Below, piece after piece: positions 29,652-41,222 of a DNA stretch of 64,000 nucleotides; position 1 is the stretch's first letter; every line of letters begins with the position of its first letter. The notes under the pieces are model-generated. The model had not been told where the DNA came from and searched no databases. It saw nothing but the letters and a program-made list of their open reading frames with translations. Origin of the DNA: Octopus vulgaris (lineage: Eukaryota); contig OX597824.1 in NCBI GenBank assembly GCA_951406725.2, forward strand, positions 53,258,001 to 53,322,000. Direction: 5' to 3'. Both the position numbers and the translations under genes were made by a program.

Positions 29652-29656
<5 letters not shown>
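29480..29656 (+). mobile_element. Short pLTR-like element with a minimal hammerhead (29524-29558) ending in (TA)n
   Basis: CTGACGA-A-GAGC(TCC)GCTC-GAA-ACGT-T; the 3' strand of stem I is decayed. Confidence 0.7.
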
Positions 29657-29712
<56 letters not shown>

Positions 29713-29817
29713 TAAATAATGAGGGAGATAAATTGAATATTAATTTAATTAACATCAATTTAAAACCAGTAGCCTAGCATACAAAAATCTGAAAAATCAG
29801 AGAAAATTCTAATACAT

Positions 29818-30106
29818 GTGTATATTTGGAGGGCAAGCCACTATGTGGTCGGCTGTATGCAAAAAGTAGATCACCTACGATCAAACTACAAAGAAAAGAA
29901 TGTTCTCTAGAGGAAAATTCAGCGGACACCAGAACGAAAATGCGGGCAAGACAGTATTTAATTTTCATCTGTCTTGCCCGCATTTTCGTTCTGGTGTCCG
30001 CTGAATTTTCCTCTAGAGAACATTCTTTTCTTTGTAGTTTGATCGTAGGTGATCTACTTCTAGCATACGGCTGACCACATAGTAGCTTGCCCTCCAAATA
30101 TACATA
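29818..30106. repeat. Near-perfect palindrome (~137-bp arms, 14-nt spacer) of a pLTR-like end
   Basis: The arms give mirror ORFs 29826+ and 30097-. A single diverged homologue lies at 45660-45790. Confidence 0.95.
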
Positions 30107-30291
30107 TATATAGGTGTGTGTATGTGAATGTGTATATATATAGTTGTATATATATGTATATATGTATGTATATACATATGTATATATGTATGTATATTTA
30201 TATATATATATTATATATATATATATACATATATATATTATATATATATATATGTATATATGTATGTATATTTATATATATATATTTATAT

Positions 30292-31565
30292 ATCAACAAT
30301 TAAGGAACGGCCATAATAGGCCATTCACCCACTAGAAATAACAGCCAAAGCTTCAACCGCAAATAAAAGTTAATTCTGTAAACCAGGAGAAAATTTAAAA
30401 AACATTTACCCTGTAATTTCTTATACGATATACCGTTTCATCTGCTGATTAATGGTAAACTAACCTGATTAAATTAAATCAAGCCAATCTTCCACAGGCC
30501 CTCAGATTCCTCAGTAAGAAATAGCCCAAGTCGGAACAGATATTTTCACGAGGCATTTCCGACCTTGCCAAGTTTATATCTGACCTAAAATTTTCAAATC
30601 GTCGCACTCGCCCCAAATTTATCGGCAGCAAATAAATATAAGCCGTCGATTCCATTACGGAATTAACCAGAAAATTCATAATTAATCAATATAGGGTGGC
30701 AAAAAAATTTTGTAGAATTCTTTAGCCACCAGCGGCCTAGTAGGAAAAAATTAAATAGTCATAGACCATTTTTAAGTTCAACATCAACAATTAAGGAACG
30801 GCCATAATAGGCCATTCACCCACTAGAAATAACAGCCAAAGCTTCAACCGCAAATAAAAGTTAATTCTGTAAACCAGGAGAAAATTTAAAAAACATTTAC
30901 CCTGTAATTTCTTATACGATATACCGTTTCATCTGCTGATTAATGGTAAACTAACCTGATTAAATTAAATCAAGCCAATCTTCCACATGTGGAAGATTGG
31001 CTTGATTTAATTTAATCTTCCACATGTGGAAGATTGGCTTGATTTAATTTAATCAGGTTAGTTTACCATTAATCAGCAGATGAAACGGTATATCGTATAA
31101 GAAATTACAGGGTAAATGTTTTTTAAATTTTCTCCTGGTTTACAGAATTAACTTTTATTTGCGGTTGAAGCTTTGGCTGTTATTTCTAGTGGGTGAATGG
31201 CCTATTATGGCCGTTCCTTAATTGTTGATGTTGAACTTAAAAATGGTCTATGACTATTTAATTTTTTCCTACTAGGCCGCTGGTGGCTAAAGAATTCTAC
31301 AAAATTTTTTTTGCCACCCTATATTGATTAATTATGAATTTTCTGGTTAATTCCGTAATGGAATCGACGGCTTATATTTATTTGCTGCCGATAAATTTGG
31401 CGCGAGTGCGACGATTTGAAAATTTTAGGTCAGATATAAACTTGGCAAGGTCGGAAATGCCTCGTGAAAATATCTGTTCCGACTTGGGCTATTTCTTACT
31501 GAGGAATCTGAGGGCCTGTGGAAGATTGGCTTGATTTAATTTAATCAGGTTAGTTTACTATTAAT
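30292..31565. mobile_element. Retrozyme-like array: 491-bp hammerhead-containing tandem unit in fold-back arrangement, (TA)n at both ends
   Basis: The unit repeats at 30292 and 30783. Symmetry axes are at 30987/30988 and 31024/31025, and the right arm is the reverse complement of the left. No credible ORF. Confidence 0.85.
30416..30522 (-). ncRNA. Complete type I hammerhead ribozyme with extended stem II
   Basis: ATTTCTTA-CTGAGGA-ATCTG...CAGAT-GAA-ACGGTATATCGT-A-TAAGAAAT: 8-bp stem I, near-palindromic stem III and GUA cleavage triplet. Confidence 0.9.
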
Positions 31566-31567
31566 TA

Positions 31568-31629
<62 letters not shown>

Positions 31630-31630
31630 A

Positions 31631-33384
31631 CTAGCTTAAGGTGACCCGCTCTACGCGCGGGTAAGAGTGTGGTTGTTACTTTCTGTTGCCTCCTTTCTGT
31701 TTTTTATTACCAGTCTCCCTCTTTGTTTCTCTCTCCATTGTCTCTCACTTTTCCACTCTCTTACTCTTCATTTCTCTCGGATTCTCCCTCGCTTTCTCTT
31801 ACTCTCTATCTTTCTCAGTCTATCTCTCTCCCATTTATAAACAACAAAAGATCTTGAGTAAGTTGAGAAATAAAATATTTTGAAAGATCAATCATAAATA
31901 TCAGGCAGTGACAACAGAAAGGTCTGCTTAAAGGCAGACAGCAAAACACTAACATTTAAAAGGGCCAGACGAACTTGCGAGCTGAATAAAAAAATTTAAA
32001 ATATTGGAAACCAAAGTTTGAAGGGATAGAATCTGAGGATAGTAGAGTCACTATGGCTGGCATTTCTTAACGACGGACAGCAACGTAGTGGCAGTTTAAC
32101 GGCTGGTGTAAAATTTTGAACTTGATGTAAAAGAAAATTCGGATCTTTTCGGTTTGAACGGCAGTTTTTAACATAATTTCTAGGTAACTTCGTATACTGG
32201 TAGAATGTGTTTATAAAGCATCATTTTCTCTTGGCTTTCTTGAGAAAATTCTGTAGTTTGTAACATATTTCGTCTTTAATTTCTTGCATTTCGGCAATTT
32301 TAACCAATCAATGACCGTCTATTGAGGTGAAAGCATTCTGTGCCGTATGAATATGTCCCTCTTTTAAGAAACTGATTGGGTTTATTTACATTTGTGAAGA
32401 AAAAAAGATACCCTTCCCCCACCCCTGATCCCTAACCCCTACCCTAACTAACCCTAAATCTAAAATAGATTAAAATGCAATAGATCGATTCTAGGGTCAT
32501 AATTATGGGTGACAATTTCATATGACACCGCTAGAGAAAATGGCAGTTTTTTCTAGCGGTGTCATATGAAATTGTCACCCATAATTATGACCCTAGAATC
32601 GATCTATTGCATTTTAATCTATTTTAGATTTAGGGTTAGTTAGGGTAGGGGTTAGGGATCAGGGGTGGGGGAAGGGTATCTTTTTTTTTCACAAATGTAA
32701 ATAAACCCAATCTGTTTCTTAAAGGAGGGACATATTCATACGGCACAGAATGCTTTCACCTCAATAGACGGTCATTGATTGGTTAAAATTGCCGAAATGC
32801 AAGAAATTAAAGACGAAATATGTCACAAACTACAGAATTTTTTTCAAGAAAGCCAAGAGAAAATGATGTTTTATAAACACATTCTACCAGTATACAAAGT
32901 TTCTAGGTAACTAAAAAATTTTTGTTACCTAGAAATTATGTTAAAAACTGCCGTTCAAACCGAAAAGATCCGAAAATTCCTAAACACCAAGTTTTGAAGT
33001 GATTCTTTCTCACGACAGTAGACTCACCATGGCAAGCATTCAAAACTTCTTCATCATGGCAACACATTGACGATTTAAAGGCTGGCGCAAATTTTTTAGC
33101 TTGATGTAACAGAGAATTCCTAAACACCCGCTCCTGTAAATTTTAATCCCCTTCCAGCCCCATTTAGACCTCTTTTCACATTTTGGTTAATATAACCCGA
33201 TTTCATTCGGGTCTACTCGGGCCACATTTTATAAGATGAGGAATTTTGTTCTAGAGGTCAGCCTTTCATTTGAGGAAAAAATAGTTGCCATGCAAACTCG
33301 CCAGCACTTTTAACATAGGTGTGCATATTTTCAGCTCAACCGACCACATAATGCACACATTATATATATATACGCATTATATAT

Positions 33385-33418
<34 letters not shown>

Positions 33419-33959
33419 TTATATATACAGATATATACACTTTGTATATATACATTATATATACATATTTATATATAGAACACACACACACACACATATA
33501 TAAATTAACCCAATAAATATCTGATTCATAATATTTGTTCTCATGATTGTGTGGTGGATGTGGCGATAATAAAACTCTCTATGAATGCAGACAGACATAC
33601 AGAGAGAGAGGGAGGCGGTGGGGGAAAGAGGGCCAGCACTGGCGAAGGGGGCGGGAAGAAAGATAGTAGTATGTCAAACGTCGTTATAGAGAGAAGGTGG
33701 TGGGAAGGGAGGAAACAGAGAGAGACGGGGGAAGACATGCAGATAAGAGAATGAGAGGAGACTTGTCAAAGTGTGCGTTTTTTGCCCTAGTAACGACACC
33801 TTTTAAGATAGGGGTTTCTAGCCCACTCGCATCCTCACCTCATTTTACATGTCCCTGTAAATTTTGGAGTCAATCCGACGGGTTCTAGTGGCCTTTAACC
33901 CGTTCCAATGCCAAAACCAAACGAACAAATTTGTCGCATTTCAGATTTATAGATATTGA
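31631..33959 (-). mobile_element. Non-autonomous Helitron carrying a nested MITE dimer
   Basis: On the minus strand the 5' end is A|TCAATATCTATAAATCTGAAATGCGAC and the 3' end is hairpin CCCGC-GCGTAGA-GCGGG then CTAG|T. There is no TSD, and it contains diverged ~140-bp internal repeats. Confidence 0.75.
32141..32971. mobile_element. Palindromic head-to-head dimer of a Merlin-like MITE with an 8-bp TSD (GAAAATTC)
   Basis: TIR GGATCTTTTCGGTTTGAACGGCAGTTTT at both ends, axis at ~32541-32546. Each arm matches the monomer at 54551-54999. TSD at 32133-32140 and 32972-32979. Confidence 0.9.
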
Positions 33960-33968
33960 TATATATAT

Positions 33969-34044
<76 letters not shown>

Positions 34045-34067
34045 TATATATGTATGTATTATATATA

Positions 34068-34210
34068 TACCGGAGTAAACACATAAATGTGAAACAAGGT
34101 GGAAAAAAGAGTACTCAAATACCAGAGGTAGAGTAATATGCTATATTTAAAAACAGCAGAAATTTAACAAAAGTTTAACAGAGTTTCATGTTCCCGTTCG
34201 TCGGACAGTT
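34068..34210 (-). mobile_element. pLTR-like fragment with a decayed hammerhead variant (core CCGACGA, 34177-34208) ending in (TA)n
   Basis: CTGT-CCGACGA-ACG(GGAA)CAT-GAAACTCTGTT on the minus strand. Confidence 0.45.
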
Positions 34211-34468
34211 TTGTTAAAATAGAACCGAGATGACAATTCTATCAATACTAGTATAAACGTTACACCTTTAAAAATGGATTTGTTTGATTGGTCCTTTCAA
34301 ATAACGATCATATGCGAGCGATAAACAAAAATAAACAAAACAAATAAATGAGTTCAATGTAAAATTTTAAAAATCGAGGAAAAACCTTAAATCGAAGATT
34401 TGATTCAAATACATATTGTCATTAATTATGTAGAAAATATAATTCGATTAACACAATTAATACAATGG

Positions 34469-34644
34469 TTGTGTACTGTCAATTTAATGTGACAGTAAGG
34501 GATTACACCACCGCTGTTTAGCCCTAGGAAGCATCGACGCTTCCTGATAGCTTCGACACATTTTTTCCTAAGCGTCGATGCTTCCTAGGGCTAAACAACG
34601 GTGGTGTAATCCCCTACTATCACGTTAAATTGACAGTATACAAC
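34469..34644. repeat. Inverted repeat, ~75-bp arms and ~27-nt spacer
   Basis: GGGATTACACCACCGCTGTTTAGCCCTAGGAAGCATCGACGCTT / AAGCGTCGATGCTTCCTAGGGCTAAACAACGGTGGTGTAATCCC. Confidence 0.9.
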
Positions 34645-34851
34645 AATCCTATCGCCCCACCAGCGTACATATCTCTATGAGATATTTAGAAATTTAATAT
34701 TTCTGACAATTAATACATAAAAATTTTAATTAAAATATATTAAAATATATTAAAATATTTCACAACAGTACATACTCATACTAAAATACAGATAGATGTG
34801 CGCAAACCACATACATATACACATACATATAAATGCAAAACGAAAATATAT

Positions 34852-34966
<115 letters not shown>

Positions 34967-35019
34967 CTAATGTAGGATAGAATTTTTCGAAAAAAATTCT
35001 ATCAATGGCCAGCATTTTT

Positions 35020-35081
<62 letters not shown>

Positions 35082-35083
<2 letters not shown>

Positions 35084-35978
35084 GGAGAATTCACAAAAAA
35101 AAAGACGAAGGCAGGTGGTGTAAACAACAAACAGACGTATTAGTTTAACACACGGGAAGTGAAAAAGTCTTTAACGTTTCGAGCCTACGCTTTTCCACAG
35201 AAAGGAACACGGAAAGAAACAGGGAGAGAAAATAAAGAATGTGTAATGTCTAGCGATTTATCATGGCGAATGCCGGACAGGGGGGTCACACAGGAGAGCT
35301 AGGAAGAAAGTTAGATAATAAAGTAGAAGTGATTCCAAAACGAAGGTGCGCGTGCGTGTGTGCATGTGTAGGTGTGTGGATGATAGTGTGGGTGCTGAGA
35401 AGTGGTCAGTGCTAGTGTGTGCGTGGTGGTGTGTGGTGTGGTGGTGTGTGGTGTTGTGGTGTGTGGTGTTGTGGTGTGTGGCGTGGTGGTGTGTGGCGTG
35501 GTGGTGTGTGGCGTGGTGGTGTGTGGCGTGGTGGTGTGTGGCGTGGTGGTGTGTGGTGTGGTGGTGTGTGGTGTGTGGTGTGGTGGTGTGTAGTGTGGTG
35601 TGATGGTGGTGGGATGTGACGGAGGCGAGAGTGAGGAAAGAAAGTGCGGGGTCTTGGTTAGGGTGAAGGTGGTGGTAGAGGTGGAGCATGTGGGAGTGGG
35701 TGTAAGGGATGGAGTGGGATGGGATAGGATGGATAGGGAAGGTGGGTTGGATTGTGTAGGGGTGACGATGAAGTGAGAGGGGGAGGGAAAGGTGGGTAGG
35801 AGTGAAGAGGAGAGAGGAGAGAAGGAGGGTAAGAGTGTAGAGAAGAAGTAGGAATCGGACCAAGAGAGGAGAGGTGGGTGGTAGGAAGAGAGGTGAGGGG
35901 ATGAGGGTTAGATGAAGAGGGGAGGAGAGTTGAGCCCATACAGGACAAAGGAGCGTAGAGAGAAGATTAATCCCTGTT
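35082..35978 (-). mobile_element. Neptune-type PLE 3' fragment with hammerhead variant (35169-35204, core CUGUGGA) and expanded (CACCA)n-type UTR repeats
   Basis: Homologous to ~1895-2987 in reverse; ends in (TA)n. Confidence 0.9.
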
Positions 35979-36826
35979 TAAGATTAATCCCTTCTATGGA
36001 AATTCCATAGAAGACCATGAGATGGAGCATCTACTCGAGGATAAATTCTTCCCAACGGCCCATCAGTCTTCGATACCCAGAGAAATATCATAGGCCTGCT
36101 CTTCCTCCTCTAAATAAACCAAGCACTACCATTGTCAATCACGTTATTTGTTCCGTCTAAAATACATACTAATTCATGTTGTTGAAGATAAACAACATTT
36201 TTTCTTGAGCTTCTTCCTATTTTCTATTTTTGTTGGTTTTAATGATCCCAATTTTAAATTGAAACGAGACGAAATGTTATCATTTTTTTTATGTACATTA
36301 ACTTCAGTGAAACAAAAATACAAAGTCCATGCTACTATTTAAGATTTCATGCAAAATAAATAAAATATTGCAAGACTGTTTCCAAAGAAACCCTTTTTAC
36401 CAGATTAAGCGATTAAATGAGAGAAGCTATTTTAATTTTCAAGGATTTAACTCATTAAATATTTTTTATCGTAATTGTTGTTATTGTTGTTGACGGTGGT
36501 GGGGATGGTGGTGCTGGTGGTCGGGCTGGTGCTGGGGGCTGGGGCTGGGGCTGGGTCTGGTGCTGGGGCTGGGGCTGGTGACGGTAGCGGCAGCGGCGGC
36601 GGTAGTGGTAATTTTGTTTATGAATTTACATGTAGTTTCTCCGTCAGTTTCACTTATAAGGCACATAAGTAAGATAAAGGGTGGTTACCAGAGTCGTTAG
36701 AGTGTGGCACAGAATGTTTCATTGTGTTCTTCCGAGTTTGCGCTCTGAGTTCAAATTCCGTCCAGGTCTTTCATCCTCTCGATAAAATGATACCAATAGA
36801 AGGTAGTAGTTTGACAGAACTGTAAG

Positions 36827-36896
<70 letters not shown>

Positions 36897-39800
36897 TAGT
36901 AATTGTGTTACTAATCGGTAATCCTGATTCAGTTTACTGCATCTTGAACAACTGTAGTATGGTAACAATAACAACATCAACAATAACAATGGCAGTCATT
37001 TGATGTGCTAGAAATAACAGTCAATTCTGTCTCAAATTACACCCAACCGTAATAAAAAAGATGGGGGGTCATGGTTTAATCCCCTTTGATCTAGCTCTAC
37101 AGGGTGGTTACTAACAAGTGAACAGCTACAAATAAATAATTGCAGCAGCATCTTCGGTGGTAAATCTATTTAGTCTCTCGACTCGCTGGAAATAGCAGCC
37201 AAATTTCTTTTTATGACACACTATCTTAAAAAAGAAATGACATTAGATAATGTGTGTTTGAAGAGTAGAATATGATAGTCATAACCGAACCTTTCTAATT
37301 CTGTGGTTGCTTGATCAAAGCTGACCTCGGGCCAAAGCAACAGCAGCAGCGCCATCAAGGATTGCAAGTGCCATACAGTATCGCTACATGGAGGTTATTC
37401 TACTCAAACTTCAGAGGAATGATTAGAATTGGTTTTACATCAAACTATATCGTCAAATATATCAAGAAATAATATTGAAATGAAAGACGTCGATGTTTCT
37501 TGCCATTCACCAAAAATCATTGAAATTACTCCTAAAAGAGGTATTTGAGAATGATTAACAACCATTTTATAGTGAGACATTTGAGAATGTGTACCTCCGC
37601 CACTTGGAACTGGTGTTCAGCTTCGAGAAACGTTACATGAGAAAGATGAATGTAGCATCCTGAACTTGCATATGTTTAAGCATCCATTAACGGTCGTGGT
37701 GTTTATAAAATGGTGCAGGAAATAAAAATAAAGTATACACTGTAAGAAAAGAACTGAGTTGATTTAGTGACAGAATTTCAAGGGTTTATTAACCCTGACA
37801 TATTAAAAGCCATCTGGAACAGTGTCTCTACCTCAGTGTCAATTGAGTAAAATCTAATGCTGGAGGATTAAGAATCCCGATGGTGGAGTAATTTGTGAAA
37901 GATACTTCAGGACAATCATTTCTAAATGGCAGCAACACAAGAACGAACGATCACGTAAACTCTGCTCTATTGAACAGAAACAAGTACTTCGACAACAGCA
38001 ATAAGAGAAGCAAAGAGCTAGAAGTTAATTCGCAACAACAATAACAAACACACAAGCAAATGCATAACAAAGCGTTCCGATTAATTGAAGGAAAATCATA
38101 AGAACAAAATTTATGTCTTTAGATATATGTCTTGTTGTTATGTGCGAATACGAGATTGTCGAAGGAAGGGGTGATTCTAATTTGTCAAATCATTTGAAAA
38201 ACTGTAAACGATGTTTATCTTGGTTTATAAAGAATTGTTAGAAGTAGTTCCGTCTTTTTATTTTCATTCTATTAAAGATTTATTTATAGTTTTGATTCAT
38301 TTTGAGTAAACTGTGTTTGCTTTATTATTATATCTAGAAGTATTTAAATCGAATTTCTTTCATAAAATCTTTAAATTCGCATTTCTATAATAAAGTCAAT
38401 AGAAGAGAAATTCTAAAGATATTGCAATAGTTAATGAAAAAACATTTGGATTATTAAGACTGGACTTCTCTTTCAAAGTTGTTTCCATATTCCAGTACAA
38501 TACTATGTTACCAGAAGCGTGGGACAAACGAATTCAAACATCCAATTTTTGGTGTAATAACAGTCTCAATAATTTGTAACAGTTGCAAGACCAGAAATTT
38601 GTGAGTGAGGTGGGAATAATCGAAAAATTTTGACTATAGTATTTCACTAATTCTGTCATTTACAGAACGATAAAAGGCAATGTTAACATCGTGTGTATTG
38701 GGGTAAGCTAGGCGGCCCAGGGTGGTATATCTGAGTTACTAAAGGCCAAGTCATTGGAGTTCATTAACTGGACATAACTGTGGTGACAACAAGAACGTGT
38801 CAATTGAAAATGAGCAAACAGAAAAAAAAACTTAGAATTGTCAGAGGCATGCATTTAAACGGCAAAGACGATTAATTGTATTTTAAATTACATGCGAGAT
38901 AAATTCTTGACTTATTGTAAATATCTCCTCTTCTAGAGGAAATAGAAAAGTCGTTTTGGTGGCAACTGGGACCATATAATGCGACCGATAATTTCAAGAA
39001 TCAAGTTTTCTCAAAAATTGACACGACATTAAGTAAAGACTAGTGTGATTGTCAAGAGACAAGTGGGCTCTCTGGTCATCAACACAGCAATTGTCCTAGA
39101 ATACATTTACGCTCTAGAGAATTTGCATTAATGACAGGAAAATGAGATAAATGAAATAACCCAGGGTGAGATGTATACATGTGTATGCATACATACACAC
39201 ATAGACAGACATACACATACATACATAGACACAAACACACACATACATATGCGGGCACACACACACATACATTGCAAAGGTATGAAAACTTGCAGTCTGT
39301 GCGGACCACAAAAGCTCGATGGAAAATGGCCGACGGAAAAAAAGAGAAAAAAAATGTTGGTTATCTTTAGAGGAGAACTGACTCAAAGGCAGAGTGCAAC
39401 AGGTAATTGCATGTATGACTGTGAGGGTGGATGTTGAATAGTTGTAGAATACGTGAGCAGAAAGTGGGGCTTACAGAGACAAGCGATGATGATTACAGGG
39501 ATGATTATGGGGGGGGGTGTTCTTCGTCGTCGCTCTAGTTGTCGTCGTGTTGGTAACCTCTGTCAAATTTTGCAAGCAATGATTTTTGCCAATACTACTG
39601 TAAAATGAACCATTTTGGAGTTTGGGACTGTAACCTGTTACAGTGTAAGAAATATGAAAGGACCTATTGTTTAGTTATCTTAGATAATCCAGGAATGAAA
39701 TTCATTTTGTTAGGAAGTCGGCATAAATCGAGTGGTGCTTCTTCCAGAAGTTTAAGTGATACGGTTAGGGAAGTTGATGTTGGTTGCTTTGATTAGACAA

Positions 39801-41025
39801 TACTCTGGTGATCTGAAAGGTTCCAAAACGATGAGGAAAGACGGTGAGTAACTGTGAAGCGGAGAAGATACATTCAGATTAGCAAAGATATTGATTGTGT
39901 GTCGATGGTGGTGTGCAAAATCAAAGAAGTGATGTTTATGTTACAGTTAATGGAATATTGGTCTGGGTTATAGAGAGCCATTCAATACAAAACAAGAGAC
40001 TGTCGAACAATTGGTAATGTTGAGAGAAGTTAAAAGAATCGTAAAAAAAATTTGTTTCTTATCGCATCAACGAGCAACCCTTAATGATGACTGAAACAAG
40101 CGTTATGTGCTTGTTGCCATGGAACTATCGTGGAAGACTGTGATAATTGCTTCTAGTTTACGAGACACCATCTTGTTGACAACATATAGACAATTTCATC
40201 ACACCTGCCCGGAAACGTAAGAACTGGAACAAATACCACAATGCGCTAAAACTTCCGCCAATCCTCCACTTAGGAACATTGTTTATCTATTCCAAAGGCA
40301 TGACAGGTAAATATGACTTCGGCGGTACTTGAACACGGAAAGAAAGGAAAGGATTAGAACAATTATCGCGAGACTCTCAAATGATTCTTCCAATTTGTTG
40401 CCTTCTTGTTAAAGGAATTTAAAGAAATGAAATGTGCTAGAATAACTAAAGATATCTAGCCAAAGAAGATGAATTATGAGAGAGTGAGGTGTAACAGATG
40501 TCGTGAAGTTAGAACATGGACGACAGGACCCTGGAAGCAGAGGTGATTTATTGATATGTGTATTTGAAGGTGAGAAATAAAATTCGTTATTTATATGCGA
40601 AGAGATGGTGGGTAGAGTCAATGTCGAACAAACGTCCACAAATGTTAATGCAAATAATTCTCTAGCTGAGTAATTCTTGACATCATCTTTCAGAGGACAT
40701 TTTATGTGTCGAAAGGGAAGAAGATAACATTCAGCGTTATATCTATTTCAAATAACACAGATGAAAATATGCAAACACACGTTTCAGAGATTCGCTGGAG
40801 TAACTCATCAACTCGATTTAAAGTGGATACGGGATTCTGTGTGAACTGATAGGTTAAACTCCGGAAGCAGCAGCAATGGGTGAGTGTCCTAATCTTATAT
40901 GGCGCTGGATTTTCTTTAGGAAACTATGATGAATAAAATTCCATCACGTTTTAACTAATCGTAAAGTCTTTAACATCCGATAAGTTCTGATGAAAATCTA
41001 CAAACGATATATTTGACATTACGTA

Positions 41026-41222
41026 AGGTGAAGAGCTGGCGGAATCGTTAGCACGCCGGGCAAAATGATGAGCGGAATTTTGTCCGTCTTCACGTTCTGA
41101 GCTGAAGTTGACTTTGCCTTTCATCCTTTCGAGGTCCATAAAATATGTATCAGTTGAGCACTGGAGTCGATGTAATCGACTTACTCCTCCCCCAATACTG
41201 TGCCGAAGTCTGAAACCAATAT
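41026..41222 (+). mobile_element. Nin/Deu-domain SINE copy (more decayed copies ~18690-18855 on minus, 36690-36800, 41420-41635, 58850-59045)
   Basis: GAGCTGGCGGAATCGTTAGCACGCCGGGC...GTTGACTTTGCCTTTCATCCTTTCGAGGTC. Confidence 0.8.

Noticed and set aside
30479-31534. Mirror 66-aa ORFs (30479-30679 minus, 31334-31534 plus) and the similar pair at 29774-30097
   Set aside because: They are by-products of the inverted repeats, with no recognisable protein motif.
35430-35600. Regularly spaced repeats suggesting a CRISPR-like array
   Set aside because: It is a simple 15-bp GTGTGGCGTGGTGGT minisatellite with no unique spacers, in a eukaryotic PLE UTR.
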